Positions 38,679 to 51,641 of a DNA stretch of 62,326 nt are shown piece by piece. This DNA comes from Nemertoderma westbladi. Its lineage: Eukaryota; Animalia; Xenacoelomorpha. Location: NCBI GenBank assembly GCA_032718475.1, contig JAUCBJ010007239.1, positions 1 to 62,326 on the forward strand. Reading direction: 5' to 3'. A model generated the notes under the pieces. It did not search any database. It saw only the letters and a program-made list of their open reading frames with translations, and was not told the DNA's origin. The position numbers and the translations under genes are program-made. Every line of letters begins with the position of its first letter. Position 1 is the stretch's first letter.

Positions 38679-39383
38679 ATTGCCGACTTTGCAAAGCTGT
38701 GCCCAACAAAAAGTTACAATGTACCAATATGGAATTCAAAATTTATAACTACAATTTCTCATAACAATACCTTGTAGGCGCTATTAGTTATCCTAAAAAC
38801 TTTATTTAAACTGTAATTATATTATATTTCAGTTGTCTTTTTATAATTATTCTACAGTTAATTACAATGTGATTAATTATCATCCTTTCTTACTAATTTT
38901 AATGACATAATAAAACTATAAGCTGCAACCTAATTTATACACCAATTCTGTGAAAAAAATGTAAAGAAATAAGTGGTGTGATCCTTGCACTGAAAAAACA
39001 AAGTACCGTTTTTACATAAAAAAAAACGGCGATTCTCGAAAACGAACGCCAATTTTTTTTTCACCAAATTGAACGCCGTTTATTTCGACAAATTGCGTTT
39101 ATTTACCAGAAGAAAAAGTTGCGTTTGTATTTTCAAAAGCAACCGCCGATTTATTGCATACTCGAAATATGCGTTTATTTGCGACTATAAACGCAGTTTA
39201 TCTTGGAAAAAATTGCCGCTTATTTAACAAAGAATCGCAGTTATAATTGAAATAAATGGCGTTCAATCATGATTATAATTTGCGTTTTTTTTCGAGAACT
39301 GACGACGCCTGCAATGCAGCTTGCTGACGTATGATAGAGTATAATTAGATTAACAAGAACTAGAATTAGATAGAACAAGATTT

Positions 39384-40677
39384 TGTGGGAGACGGAGTGG
39401 GAAGTACAGGAGGATCTGTGGAGGATGTGGAAGACGGAGTGGGAAGTACAGGAGGATCGGTGGACGGTGTGGAAGACGGAGTGGGAAGTACAGGAGGATC
39501 TGTGGAGGATGTGGAAGACGGAGTGGGAAGTACAGGAGGATCGGTGGACGGTGTGGAAGACGGAGTGGGAAGTACAGGAGGATCTGTGGAGGATGTGGAA
39601 GACGGAGTGGGAAGTACAGGAGGATCTGTGGAGGATGTGGAAAACGGAGTGGGAAGTACAGGAGGATCGGTGGACGGTGTGGAAGACGGAGTGGGAAGTA
39701 CAGGAGGATCTGTGGGGGGTGTGGAAGACGGAGTGGGAAGTACAGGAGGATCGGTGGACGGTGTGGGAGACGGAGTGGGAAGTACAGGAGGATCGGTGGA
39801 CGGTGTGGAAGACGGAGTGGGAAGTACAGGAGGATCGGAGGACGGCGTGGAAGACGGAGTGGGAAGTACAGGTGGAGGGGGTGGGAGACGGAGTGGGAAG
39901 TACAGGAGGATCGGTGGACGGAGTGGGAAGTACAGGAGGATCGGTGGGCGGTGTGGAAGACGGAGTGGGAAGTACAGGAGGATCGGTGGACGGTGTGGAA
40001 GACTGAGTGGGAAGTACAGGAGGATCGGTGGACGGTGTGGAAGACGGAGTGGGAAGTACAGGAGGATCTGTGGAGGGTGTGGAAGACGGAGTGGGAAGTA
40101 CAGGAGGATCTGTGGAGGGTGTGGGAGACGGAGTGGGAAGTACAGGAGGATCGGTGGACGGTGTGGAAGACGGAGTGGGAAGTACAGGAGGATCGGTGGA
40201 CGGTGTGGAAGACGGGAGTGGGAAGTACAGGAGGATCTGTGGAGGATGTGGGAGGCAGAGTGGGAAGTACAGGAGGATCGGTGGACGGTGTGGAAGACGG
40301 AGTGGGAAGTACAGGAGGATCTGTGGAGGGTGTGAGAGACGGAGTGGGAAGTACATGGGGATCTGTGGAGGGTGTGGGAGACGGAGTGGGAAGTACAGGA
40401 GGATCGGTGGACGGTGTGGAAGACGGTGTTGGAAGTACAGGAGGATCTGTGGAGGGTGTGGGAGACGGAGTGGGAAGTACAGGGGGATCTGTGGAGGATG
40501 TGGAAGACGGAGTGGGAAGTACAGGAGGATCGGTGGACGGTGTGGAAGACGGTGTTGGAAGTACAGGAGGATCTGTGGAGGGTGTGGGAGGTGGAGTGGA
40601 AAGTACAGGAGGATCGGTGGACGGTGTGGGAGAAGGAGTGGGAGGTATGGGCGGATCTGTGGAGGGTGTAGGAGAAT
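39384..40677. repeat. 42-bp purine-rich minisatellite, about 30 copies
   Basis: Unit gtggaagacggagtgggaagtacaggaggatc(g/t)gtgga(cg/ggg/gga)t with alternating variants and indels. Confidence 0.95.
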
Positions 40678-40849
40678 GAGAATTAGAATACGATTAACCT
40701 ACTATAACCATTTAATTCATATCGAAGTATGAACCGCATTATATATAACAAGTGAAATTGATAAAACCGAAGAATGTTAAAAACAAACAGAACACACACA
40801 ATATACAAGTATTCTGCACTGAAATTAAAACTCGGAACAATAATGATTT

Positions 40850-41460
40850 ATCAATATAAATTTCTCCATCAGAACCGCTATCATCGAGCAAAGTTTCAGA
40901 GATTTTTAATATTAAAACTGCTGGGTTGGATTTAGCGATTAAAATTCTAATTTCAGGAAGTTTTGGAAGCCAAGATCGTGCGTTTAAATGCAAAAAATGC
41001 AGACCTTTTTACGGTTTTCGACGTTTTTACGGTTTTTTACGATCTTCGGTTTCGATTCTAAAATCGTATTCGTAAAACTTGGCACAAGATTGCTTCTGGC
41101 TTCTGGTGGAGAATAAATTACTGATTTTCCTACCGGCACGGTAACATTTCAAATATACGATTGTGTCAGAACTCTCGCATTTGACGTTCTTACTCCGATA
41201 GTTTGTTCCCCGTTGAAAGGCGGGACAGTTGATCGTCGCCGTTGGTGCCCGCATCGGCCGCATCCGGCTCGGTCCCGGGTTGGTCTCAATATCCCCAGCG
41301 AGAGAGAGAGAAGACAGAGTTTAGCGATTAGGCCTCGAGTTCTTGGAGAAGTAGAAGAGCCCCATGATCTTCTTCCAGTCTTCCCCGTCGAGAACAGTAA
41401 AGGTTAAATTCGTTCGTCGCCCACATCTCCGTCGACTCGGCGCAGCAGCTCGAAAGCAGT
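40850..41460 (-). mobile_element. 5' fragment of a CR1/L2-type LINE ORF: 2A-like peptide, degenerate PHD-like finger, start of APE
   Basis: SLAGDIETNPGP (41270-41305), then CPAF..VKCESSD..YLKC, then HLNARSWLPKLPEIR..PAVL..ISETLLD..DGEIYI (APE N-terminus). Confidence 0.8.
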
Positions 41461-43158
41461 GGTGACAGGGAATCGGGTGGATTACACAGTTACCCCGCGG
41501 TTCAGATGGTTCTCCACAACAAAACAGCCCAGAACGATAAATACTGTGGAGATTGGAAGCGGGGACATTCTTATGTAGTCTAACTCAAGATATAAAAACT
41601 GTATAGGCCTACCGGTAGTACAGTTTGACTGCTGTAGTACCTGTATTTCTTGTGTTATTGTCGGCAGGTCTTCTGTAGGAAAATGTAGCTACCGGTAAAA
41701 AAGCAAAAAGTGACTGACAATCTTAATCCTCTCGGGTTAGCCGAGTCCAGTGCTGCTAGAAGGCACACGAACGTGTAGCATCTTTCACAGTAGGTCTACT
41801 GGTAACTCCTTATTTTAGCTGTAGTTTAGTCTCCACCGACAATCTTGTCAAATTGTATAAACTACTGTATAACATTCTACGGTAAGTGTAGTATGGGAGC
41901 TGAATCCGATTCTATGAGTGGTCACGATTCGCGATAGTATTAGTATGGGAGCTGACTTTTCTCCCGAACCCATGTGCTAAGACTGTACACAGTGTCATAC
42001 TTACCTCACCCACATTCACAAATTATGCAGATGAAAATGCAGATGAAATGAAATGAAAATGATGAACTATTATAATATTGGGTGGCCACAGACAGTCTAT
42101 ATTATATGCGATGACAACCCACATGACTTACCAATATCTCTATTTATTTTCTTATTTTTAAATTATTCTTATTATTAATTGTGAGTGGCCTATATACATT
42201 TGCCGAATTTTGCGTGACTCTTTACGTTTACTTGTTATTTTCTACAATATTTCAGGGAAATATGGCACTTCCACCACCGGATATTGGTTTGGAAAGCTGT
42301 TCAAACAATCTGTAAACCCCTGTGATCACACATCGGAAGATGCTGACGTCATCATAAAGATGTCGTTTCAGTCTACCCCATAGGGTTAATGTTAAATGAA
42401 TATTAAACAATTAGTACCTAAAAGTAAAAATTGTACTGTAAAAACTGTGTTCCTAAATTTTGTTTATTGTTTTGGTTAGAAAAGCCTGCCATTATGATCT
42501 GCTAACTTTCCTTTAAAAGGTACCTTAAATGGTGAATATCGAAATTTAATATTCGCGAAATTAAGTTAATAATATTTTAAAATAGGCTAAAACGACACCA
42601 AAATTTGTAATATGCAAACCGGTCTCCCATGCCAAAGTTTATTTGTTACTGAGTATTTAGAAAAACGCTGGTTTTTGACTCGGTGAATAAGCCACACTTG
42701 GAATTCTCCATAAACGCCGTTTAAACTTTTGAACGGTATTTATTTTTTGACTAAAAATATAAACGCAAATTATTTGTCAAATATAATCGCCGCTTCTTTG
42801 TCCATAAACGCTATTTAAAATTTTGAACGGTAGTTTGTTTTTTCAGTGTGGTTTAACTGTTAAAAACGATACAAAAATACGAAAAATATTTAGTTGTATT
42901 ATACGATACGAATAAAATACTGCGATACGAAATACGAAAATCCGTTTTCGTATCGTATCGTATCGTGTCCTGTCCGGCATACCGGTATGTTAATTTATTT
43001 TAGATTTTTGTTATTTTAAATTTCTCTCTAAGCCGGTTTAATCAATATATGGTTCAGTTAATATAGTTCCATACTTTCAGTTTCTCTCTTTGAGGTATCA
43101 TACAAACTGCATTAGTTACTTTCGGTTCCACTTTATCCCGCGCAACAACCGGTTCATA

Positions 43159-43533
43159 TTACTTTCAGTTTCTCGTTATCCTGCATAACTCCCGGTACAT
43201 TATTTACTTTCAGTTTCTCGTTATCCTGCATAACTACCGGTACATTATTTACTTTCAGTTTCTCGTTATCCTGCATAACTACCGGTACATTATTTACTTT
43301 CAGTTTCTCGTTATCCTGCAAAACTACCGGTAGATTATTTACTTTCAGTTTCTCGTTATCCTCCATAACTACCGGAAGATTATTTACTTTCAGTTTCTCG
43401 TTATCCTGCATAACTACCGGTACATTATTTACTTTCAGTTTCTCGTTATCCTGCATAACTAACAGTAGATTATTTACTTCAGTTTCTCGTTATCCTTGCA
43501 TAACTACCGGTACATTATTTGCTTTCAGTTTCT
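43159..43533 (+). repeat. 45-bp minisatellite made of a 3' splice site (8 extra copies before the real acceptor)
   Basis: tttactttcag|TTTCTcgttatcctgcataactaccggtacatta. AG ends at 43168, 43213, 43258, 43303, 43348, 43393, 43438 and 43482; the true acceptor ends at 43528. Confidence 0.95.
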
Positions 43534-43766
43534 GTTTATGGAGGCAGCTGCCGAGGACCACACACAGAACAGGCGGGATCGGGGTTACCAAGGCTACGGA
43601 TTGGGTTCCTCGACCCAGACGGCTAGTAAAGTGAAGGTGGTGGAAACCAACCAATCAGTGACCCCTACGGGCACCTTGGTTACCACTGTGCGGACCCAAG
43701 AGGGGGAAGGGGGCGGGGTAACAGCAGTCGAGTTACAGCAGGGGGAGGCGTCCCCCACATCTGTAG
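43529..43766 (+). CDS. C2CD2L: C2CD2/C2CD2L-family exon following the C2 domain
   Basis: FLFMEA..KVKVVETNQSVTPTGTLVTTVRT resembles the family block EF(S/L)(Y/F)ME..KIEKDRTVMPxGTVVTTVT (recalled, not searched). Phase 0 in; donor G|gtgggt, phase 1. Confidence 0.85.
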
Positions 43767-45912
43767 GTGGGTAACATTCGTTATTTAGTAATTTTTTTTA
43801 TAAAGAATACATTATTTTAAAACACTCAATGGTTGGCCAACAAGCTTCCACTCAGTGGTCGACTGCTATATAAGAGGATCGTGAGTGCAGTGACGTGCCT
43901 GTAGGGTGCAGCTGGGTTTTGTCAATAATTTACGACTAAACATTATCGAATGTAAATTTATCTTATTAACTATTATGGAACAGCATCCATTTTCATCAAG
44001 TTTTATCCAGTTTTTGGAATTCCTATTTTTCAGTATTTTTTTAGCAGTACAAACTAAATATGATAATTAATTCAAATTTTCTCAATAATTTTTATAATTT
44101 ACCGTAAAACATCCTTCCGCTAACTAACTATTTCTACATCCTCATCGCCGCCATTTATAGCGTATTCAGGCTCCAGTGTTCTAGAAACCGCTCTCGATAT
44201 TCTGGAACACAGAAGAGAAAGTGTCTCATCTTCCGGGGCCCCGGTTATAAAAACCCAACTGGTTATAACCGGCGTAAATAAGGTAATAAACTACCTCTTT
44301 TTATCCCGGCTAATAAAGACACTCTTTGTTTCCCGGTTAAGCTTCAAGATTAAAGGTTCCCTTTCTATCCCGTTTTTCTAAAGCGTACCTTTACCGCTCC
44401 GGAAACAAAGCATTGAATTGTGTAACCTTAATAAAGTTAGGTTTTATCTCCTCAGTAATAAAGTCAAGCTACTTTCCTCCAGTAATAAAGTAACTTACTT
44501 TATCCCCCAGACACGGTAATACAATTTACCGTTGTATGTCAGAAAAGTACAGCTTAAAATCATGTGAGATAAGAGATAATGTGTCCCTTTTAGTCTCGGG
44601 CAATAAAGTATGTCTTTATGTCCCGGCTATTTAAGTGTCTATGGTTATAAAGTATGGCTTTATGTACCGGTTTATGAATTTTCACTTTGTTGCAACTCTA
44701 TGGGCATGTCGTGTTATTTCCGTGACCATGATTGCTACGCTGTTATGTAAATTCAGATTTTCTACCGAATTTCGGACTTGGAAATGTTTGATCTGGTTTT
44801 TTGTTTATTTATCTTCAAAAAAATTGTAACAGAAAATTAAAATCCAACTCTCTATTATGAAAATTATTAATATTATTAAAGATTTATATTGAAGTTTTCG
44901 CATTCCGAAATATATCACACGAAATATACACCATGTATACTGGAATATAGTCTCGTTAATAGTGTATAAATTGTTTCTTAATGAGATTGTATGAAATTTG
45001 AAACAGATTGAATTTCACCTCCATCCTCTGAGGAGACAGAATTGTGATTTTCTCTTTCAATCTTTATTTTAGCTACAATCGTTTCAACAACTAAACCAAT
45101 CGACTATTATAATAATAATAATAGTTGTTTGTAGCTATATTAATAGATACATTAAGAAAATGTTCTAGAATATGGATGTATTTATTAAATTGAATAAAAA
45201 GCTCATCATATCTCAGCTGTTTTTCAACGAAATTCAGATTGTGTTACATATTTGGAATCCTTGCGCGGCCAGCTTTCCATTGGAACCAACATATCACTAT
45301 ATTGTTCAAGAATGGCGTTGGTGTAGTGGTAGTGTAACTGGTGAAAAGTGGACATTTGAGGGGGGGGGGGGGGGGGGGTGTCCAAGTTTCTGAATTACCA
45401 CACTATATTCCAGGTCATGGTGTAGTTGCGTAGCAATCATAAACAATCTGGGTTCTGGTTACTCTTACGCCATCTCGTGTTTCTGCATGGTATTTGTTTT
45501 CTTCATATCATTTGATCTTTCGATTGGGGCATATTATTCATAACTCTAAATGGTATAGTTTATATTGGTGTTATTGGATAACTTTATTTCTCTCCCCAAT
45601 CTGTATCCTAACTATCTAACTCTATATGCTTTATTATCCTGACTCTATAAAACTCTGTGAGTGTTGGGTAGGCCAGTGCGGATAGAACCAGGAATATGAG
45701 TCGCTAAGTTGGTCAGAATGTAGCGGTTAGAAATAGCTCTTACAGTTAGTTAGTTTTCTAACGGACGACAGTTTTAATAAGAAATTAACAGCTGGAGTCT
45801 TAAATAGCTAACCTCAGGGAAGCAGCACCTAAAACTCCCGCCAATCATGGTTCCGTACCGACTATGGACTCGTGTTCGAATATGTACAACACCACGTGTC
45901 GTTTATTTTCAG

Positions 45913-45953
45913 ACGATTCAGCTGACATTGTATTGGAGTCAGATGTTACACAG
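45913..45953 (+). CDS. 41-nt exon of the same gene
   Basis: ttttcag|AC GAT TCA..ACA CAG|gtaata. Phase 1 in and phase 0 out links the neighbouring exons (DDSADIVLESDVTQ). Confidence 0.65.
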
Positions 45954-46402
45954 GTAATACCTGAACCTGATATTAATAAGTAATAGTTTCAGTTTATAGT
46001 ATAGTAAGTTGTTGCCATGGAGTTCTACAGGATTATATAATCAGACATTAATTAAGTTTCATATCCTGTTTTCATTTGTATCCCGACGCATTATGTTTGA
46101 AGGATATTATAATTTTTGTTCTACTTAACATTGAATAGTAACAATATCTTATCGTTTTTACCCCACTTGCTAATTCAATGCTACTTTTGCCTAACTTATA
46201 TGAGTAACTCCATCTGCTTATACATTCGCGTAACATTGCATGGTTTATTTGCTTAACTTTCTAGAAAATGTTTTGAGTTGGAATGTTTTTTTTTATGTGT
46301 CTGAAGCTGAATCTACAAATTAGTTAATTATTTACTTTCAGTTCCTCTTAACCAGCATTACCATCGGTTGGGTAAATATAAAGATGAAAAGGAAGTGATG
46401 AA

Positions 46403-47270
46403 TTAGGGGATTGGGGGGGGGGGGGGGGGGGGGGTACGTACTGGCTTTTTAATTTTTTTCAAAATTATTTTTTTATTTCATTTAGAACAGATTTCTATCA
46501 AGATTCCAAATTTGAACACCATTTAGTAAGATCTTTTTTTTACGTCATACAGTATGGCTGTATAATGCAATAGTATTAAATATAAAGCATACTATTTATT
46601 TGTCTAAAAAAATCCCCTATATGGGATTTTCGGGGTCGGTGACTTAATTCCTTATGTCAGTATTCAAATTCGGCCTCGTCGTTTCTGTCTGTTTGCCTGT
46701 CAGTCTGTCCATCAAAACATATCCGACACCGACAGCCTTCAGACAATTTGGAAGTCCTCAAATGTGAAGACTGACACTCGAAATGAATTCTGCGACCAGT
46801 AAAACCCCTATAAAACTAAATTTTTAGCTAGATGGTGTGCGCTTTTCTTATATTTGACGGACAGATTATCGGATAGTCAGATAGACCGACAGACAGACTA
46901 ACTAGATTTAATTAAACGTAAAAACTGACCTCAGAATTGAAATCACGACCAGGAAAACCCCCATAGAAATAATCTTAGCCTCATGGTTTTGTGCTTTCTT
47001 TGTTTCTAGATATTGACAGAAATTCTTACATATTATTAGCAGACAATTTTTGCGCGGGAAGGTTCAAACTTTAAAGGCAATTATCTCGGCATCCCATTTC
47101 ATTCATTTTTAAATCACTACCCTTTCGCCATTTTTAATTTGTAAGTTTTTGGTATCAAATGAAAGCTACTATAGTGCTGTACTAAAGCGCACAAGTTCAC
47201 CCAAAATCGATCTTACGTTGACTTCCAAGCCAGTACCCCACCCCCCCCCCCCCCCCCCCCCTTCCCTTAA
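46403..47270. mobile_element. MITE with poly-G/poly-C termini; related inverted sequence at about 61260-61860
   Basis: (g)n-gtacgtactggc pairs with gccagtac-(c)n. The internal gcgggaaggttcaaactttaaaggcaattatctcgg is the reverse complement of about 61437-61473. Confidence 0.55.
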
Positions 47271-50200
47271 CCCCTTAACGAATTATCCCGAATAAACTCG
47301 GGTTCAAGAAAATGGATAATGCAGACTAACCCGAGTTAACTCGTGCAAACAGTTTTCTGTTGAAAACTGAAACCAAACTCGAATATAGCCGTGAATTATT
47401 TGATTGGATATCTAAAAATAGCTTACCTTAGCCAAGTGGAAAACTTTAACAATGATATAGATGCTGATTTGTGATTGGTTTTATGACGTAAATGGATTGT
47501 TTGTGGCCTCTATGAGAGACACAACTTCCAGCCCTGCAGATCAATTTCTTATTGGTTCTGTTCCAGCAATAATAACTTAGTCAGGTATGGGTAGTTACAA
47601 CAATAACATGCAGATCTATTGTATATTGGAGATTTCATTATTTACATTCTTCATTCTTTATATTTTATCCTTTATTTGTTTTGTTACCGGTACGTTGCCG
47701 AATTACTTTTTAGAATTATAATTTTATATTATTTCTAAATATATTTTTTCATTATGTCGGACTCCGACAGTCAATCTGAGAGTGGAGATACATTTAGTAG
47801 ATTTAGCAGTAGTGAGTACAATTCATCAGATTCGGAATTTTCACACTTATCAAGTGAATCAGACTCCACGGATAATGGGTTAGAGAGCTGTCGAGTTTGG
47901 AACGAGTTGAAGGATCCTCAACCGGCACCACCAAGGTATCCATTCACAAGTAAATCCTCACTGAATTTTACACTTACACAGGGTGGGGACGTGATGGAAT
48001 TTTTCAATCTGTTTTATGATGATGCTCTAGTAGATAGTATTGCCACTGAGACGAATCGGTATGCAGCCCAGAACAATCAGTCTTGGCAACCTACAACTGG
48101 GGCAGAAATTCGTGTCTTTTTTGCCCTAACAATGCTTCAAGGCATTATAAATAAACCGGACTATTGGATGTACTGGACAAAACGTCCGGTGATAGCTACC
48201 CCGATTTTTAAAGACTATGCTTCTAAATCGTTTCAAGGCTTTGAATAAAAATCTTCATTTTACAGATAATGAGACTTTTGACCCCGAGACCCACCCGAAT
48301 CCAAAACTCAATAAAGTTTGGCCAATATATCTAAACCTGAACGAGAAATTCCAGGCACTGTATACAATGGGACGTGACGTAACAATAGATGAAAGTCTAA
48401 TGTTATACAAAGGCCGACTGGGTTGGGTACAGTATATCCCCCTGAAACGTGCCAGATTTGGTATCAAGTTTTACATGTTATGTGAGTCTGAATCGGGATA
48501 CGTTTGGTCTTTCATTCTTTACACGGGTAAGGGTACAGTCCTAGATAATGAGTACAAGGACTGGCCTCTTGGTTCACAAGTTGTTATGACTATGATGAAG
48601 CCTTTATTGGGACAGGGTTATTGTCTCACCACAGACAATTTTTATACGTCACCAGCCCTTGCGGACTTACTGATAAAACATAAAACAGATACCTATGGGA
48701 CAGTACGAGTTACCCGAAAAGAAATGCCAGTACAAATAAAAAATAAAAAATTGAAGAAGGGTCAGATTATCGCTATGCAACGTGGCAAAGTGATAACGCT
48801 GAAGTGGAAAGATAAACGAGATGTCTCACTTCTGTCTACGATCCATTCATCTGACATGGTCGAGAAAGAACGGAAGAATCAGACTCTGATGATACCAAAA
48901 ATAGTTGAAGATTATAACAATACTATGGGTGGGACAGATCGTGCGGACCAGGGAATGTCCAGCTACAGCATAATCCGGAAACGTGGGAAGAAATACTATA
49001 AAAAACTCCATAGTCGCTTCCTTGAACTTTGCGTGTGGAACTCATTTGTTTTATTCAAAAAGTCGGGCTATGGACAAAAGCACTTGGAGTTCAGGTTGTC
49101 GCTTATTGAAAGATTGATAGAGACCTACAAGACTGACCCAGTTGCTAGACCAAGGGGGCGGCCATCTTTGTCTGATAATCCTGCCCGCCTTAGCGAACGC
49201 CATTTCCCTGATATAATACCATCCACAACGAAGAAAAATCCGACCAGAGTTTGTGTTGTTTGTTCCAAGAAGAAGGACTCCAGGGGGAAAAAGGTGCGCC
49301 GTGAATCCCGCTATTACTGTAAGGATTGTGATGCTCCACTATGTGTAGTTCCGTGTTTCCGTGAATATCACACAAAAGTTCTATAAGTTTTGAAAATCTA
49401 GATAGGCCCAGATCCAGTAGATAACTGGTATACAACTGGTACAACAGTTGCCAAGTTCGCGTTGTAAGCTACTGTAGGTGGTTAAGCTTATGTCAGATTT
49501 GTTCAATGAATTATTGTCTTATACTGAATAAATAAAAACGGTGGTATACAAATATTCATTCAGTTTCCACTGCCGAATAAATACCCTAAGTATAAAGTAA
49601 TAAATACTGAGAGTATAAATTACTGATTCGTTACCTAAATCGTGTAAGAGCTCGGAAGTAGCTGTAATGTTGTCAAGTTACAAATTATTTCAAAAACTGA
49701 CAATTTTGTCTGACAAACAGACAACCCTCAAATCAGTCTTACAAACAAACGAGAAAACACACTGGACAGAAAAGTGTGCAGTAAGCTTGTTTTACAAAGA
49801 GTCATTCGAGATGCAGTCCACAGATTTTCAAAAATTTCAGTAAATACTGATGTCTACACAAGCAAATGCACAGATAAACAGACCGACGGACAGACAAACA
49901 GACCGACGGACAGACAAACAGACTTTCAGACAACTAGACGAAGAGTAAACAGATCGACATACTTCAGAACAACTATTATAGAACTAGATGAAAGAAATAA
50001 AAATATACTGTATGTGCTTGGAAATTTTGTCATTGTGTGTAAAAAATACAAATAGTTGCACTTTTTTTGTTTCAGAAATCTGACAAATTTTGTCGGACAA
50101 CAACAGATGTACAAACAGACTTATAGTACAGACTTTAGTGTGAACGTTATATATCAAACCAATAATTATATGGTGCACACATTTTCATTATTATCATGTT

Positions 50201-50417
50201 ATTTTTTCGCGAATTTACATGATTATTTCATGCACGAGTTAACTCGGGATGAGTTCTTGATAGCTTATAGAAGGCTGGGTATTTCACTAAATAATGCATA
50301 TATTTTACTGGAAATATATTTTTTTTCATCCGCTAGTTATAGGCTATCGAAAATGACAATAAAAAAATTAGGTCATTTTTTGACAGGTTGCCGCTAAAAA
50401 AGTGGTTCGTTAAGAGG
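47271..50417 (+). mobile_element. Full-length piggyBac transposon
   Basis: TTAA TSD at 47267-47270 and 50418-50421; TIR CCCCTTAACGAA / TTCGTTAAGAGG; perfect 18-bp subterminal IR CCCGAGTTAACTCGTGCA at 47330 and 50231. Confidence 0.95.
47754..49386 (+). pseudogene. piggyBac transposase (PGBD4-like) split by one frameshift near 48215
   Basis: Acidic/Ser N-terminus, ETNRYA, DDD triad (TIDES, TDNFYTS, GGTDRAD) and C-terminal Cys-rich domain CVVC..YYCKDCDAPLCVVPCFREYH. ORFs 47754-48248 and 48217-49386 overlap. Confidence 0.93.
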
Positions 50418-51373
50418 TTAATAGGCTATTTTACTAATTGTTGGGTAACTCCCTCTCTGTTTACCATCGCGTAACATTGCATGATGTATTTGCCTAACTA
50501 ATGTTTTTTGTTGTACTGTTTTATCGACTTTGTTAAGCTATGTTCATTAATTTTTTAACCTTCTAGAATTTTTATTATAAGTTGTATTTTTACATACTTT
50601 ATCTACTCGAATTCAATATATCAAAAGACCTAGGACGGTTTATGGGCATTTACTGATGTGTAATGGACAACTAACAGGAAAGGACTGCGATGGATGTTAT
50701 GGACACAAACTGTTTGCATTTTTCGGATATACTGGACATGGACCAGCTTGACCGTTTTTTTTATCTTCATCAACTATATCTGCGGACACAGTTTCTGGAC
50801 ACTGAAATGATCAAGAATTTGACTAAAGGTGATTCAGTGATGTGAAATAGTATATGGACAACTATTATTATACTGGACATCGTTATGGACTAGTATAGAC
50901 ACAATTAGTGATGGACTACTGTTTCTTTCTATACAGACAGGTCCTGCACAAAGTTAATGGACTAGTTTAGTAATATACACTGAACGGACATGGATAAGAT
51001 AAGTTTTAGATGGATTTTATACAATATAGAAGACATATAGTTAATGGACGGATTTCATACAAATACCTCCCTAGAGACACATAGATATATTTATTGACTA
51101 AAATAATATTATTATTTAGGTGAAGAAAAACCCGACAAAAGATCATTCGCACAAAATAATAATATAAACAGAACAAATTCTAAAGGTTTTACTCCTACAA
51201 TTAATTTTTCAGCCCAATATAAGACATAAAAACGACACACTTTTGACACACCTTACAATTTTTTTTTAATTTGACTACCCAAACTGGTTAACCCAGCTTT
51301 CTCCAAATATTTATTGCATCTATTCATAAATACATTTATTATAACTGGTAAATAAATTTATCTCCCTCCACAG

Positions 51374-51641
51374 GCGGCTATAGACACCTCGGTACAGACG
51401 GTTGAATCGACCCTCCCTCACCGATCCGGCTCCGGCTCCGGCTCCGGCTCCGGCCGCAGTGCTAGTCGGGGTCGCGTCCGGGATCCGTCACCCGGACGAA
51501 TCCGTCGGTTCTTCAACCTCCGCCGCGAGCGCAGCGCCGACTCGCGGCCGCTAGGGGAATCGGCTAGTCCGCGGATTCTCGTTAAACTGCAGCCCAAAGA
51601 CGCCAGTCTACGTAGGAGTCCCAACAGTTTGTCCCCAACGG
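51374..51641 (+). CDS. Exon of the C2CD2/C2CD2L-family gene (Ser/Gly/Arg-rich, basic)
   Basis: cacag|GCG..ACG G|gttagt, a 268-nt open GC-rich frame AAIDTSVQ..RIRRFFNLRRERSADSR..SLSPT. Phase 0 in, phase 1 out. Confidence 0.75.

Larger units (their letters stand above)
38988..42848. mobile_element. CMC/EnSpm-type non-autonomous element
   Basis: TIR CACTGAAAAAACAAA(g/c)TACCGTT at both ends and a 2-bp TSD tg. Confidence 0.75.
38024..42977. mobile_element. hAT-like non-autonomous element carrying nested insertions
   Basis: cagggacaggatacgatacga pairs with tcgtatcgtgtcctgtccgg, with (tacga)n subterminal repeats. 8-bp TSD cctaccgg/cataccgg (one mismatch). Confidence 0.65.

Noticed and set aside
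39241-40732. Mucin-like PSTDPPVLPT protein gene
   Set aside because: 42-bp satellite open in several frames, with frame-breaking indels, no signal peptide or splice support, and nested inside TIR elements.
48210-48250. Programmed frameshift in the piggyBac transposase
   Set aside because: No convincing slippery site with a stimulator, and piggyBac transposases are single ORFs. A simple indel is more likely.
51418-51624. Minus-strand ORF with PEPEPE repeat
   Set aside because: Antisense shadow of the plus-strand exon, which has phase-compatible splice sites.
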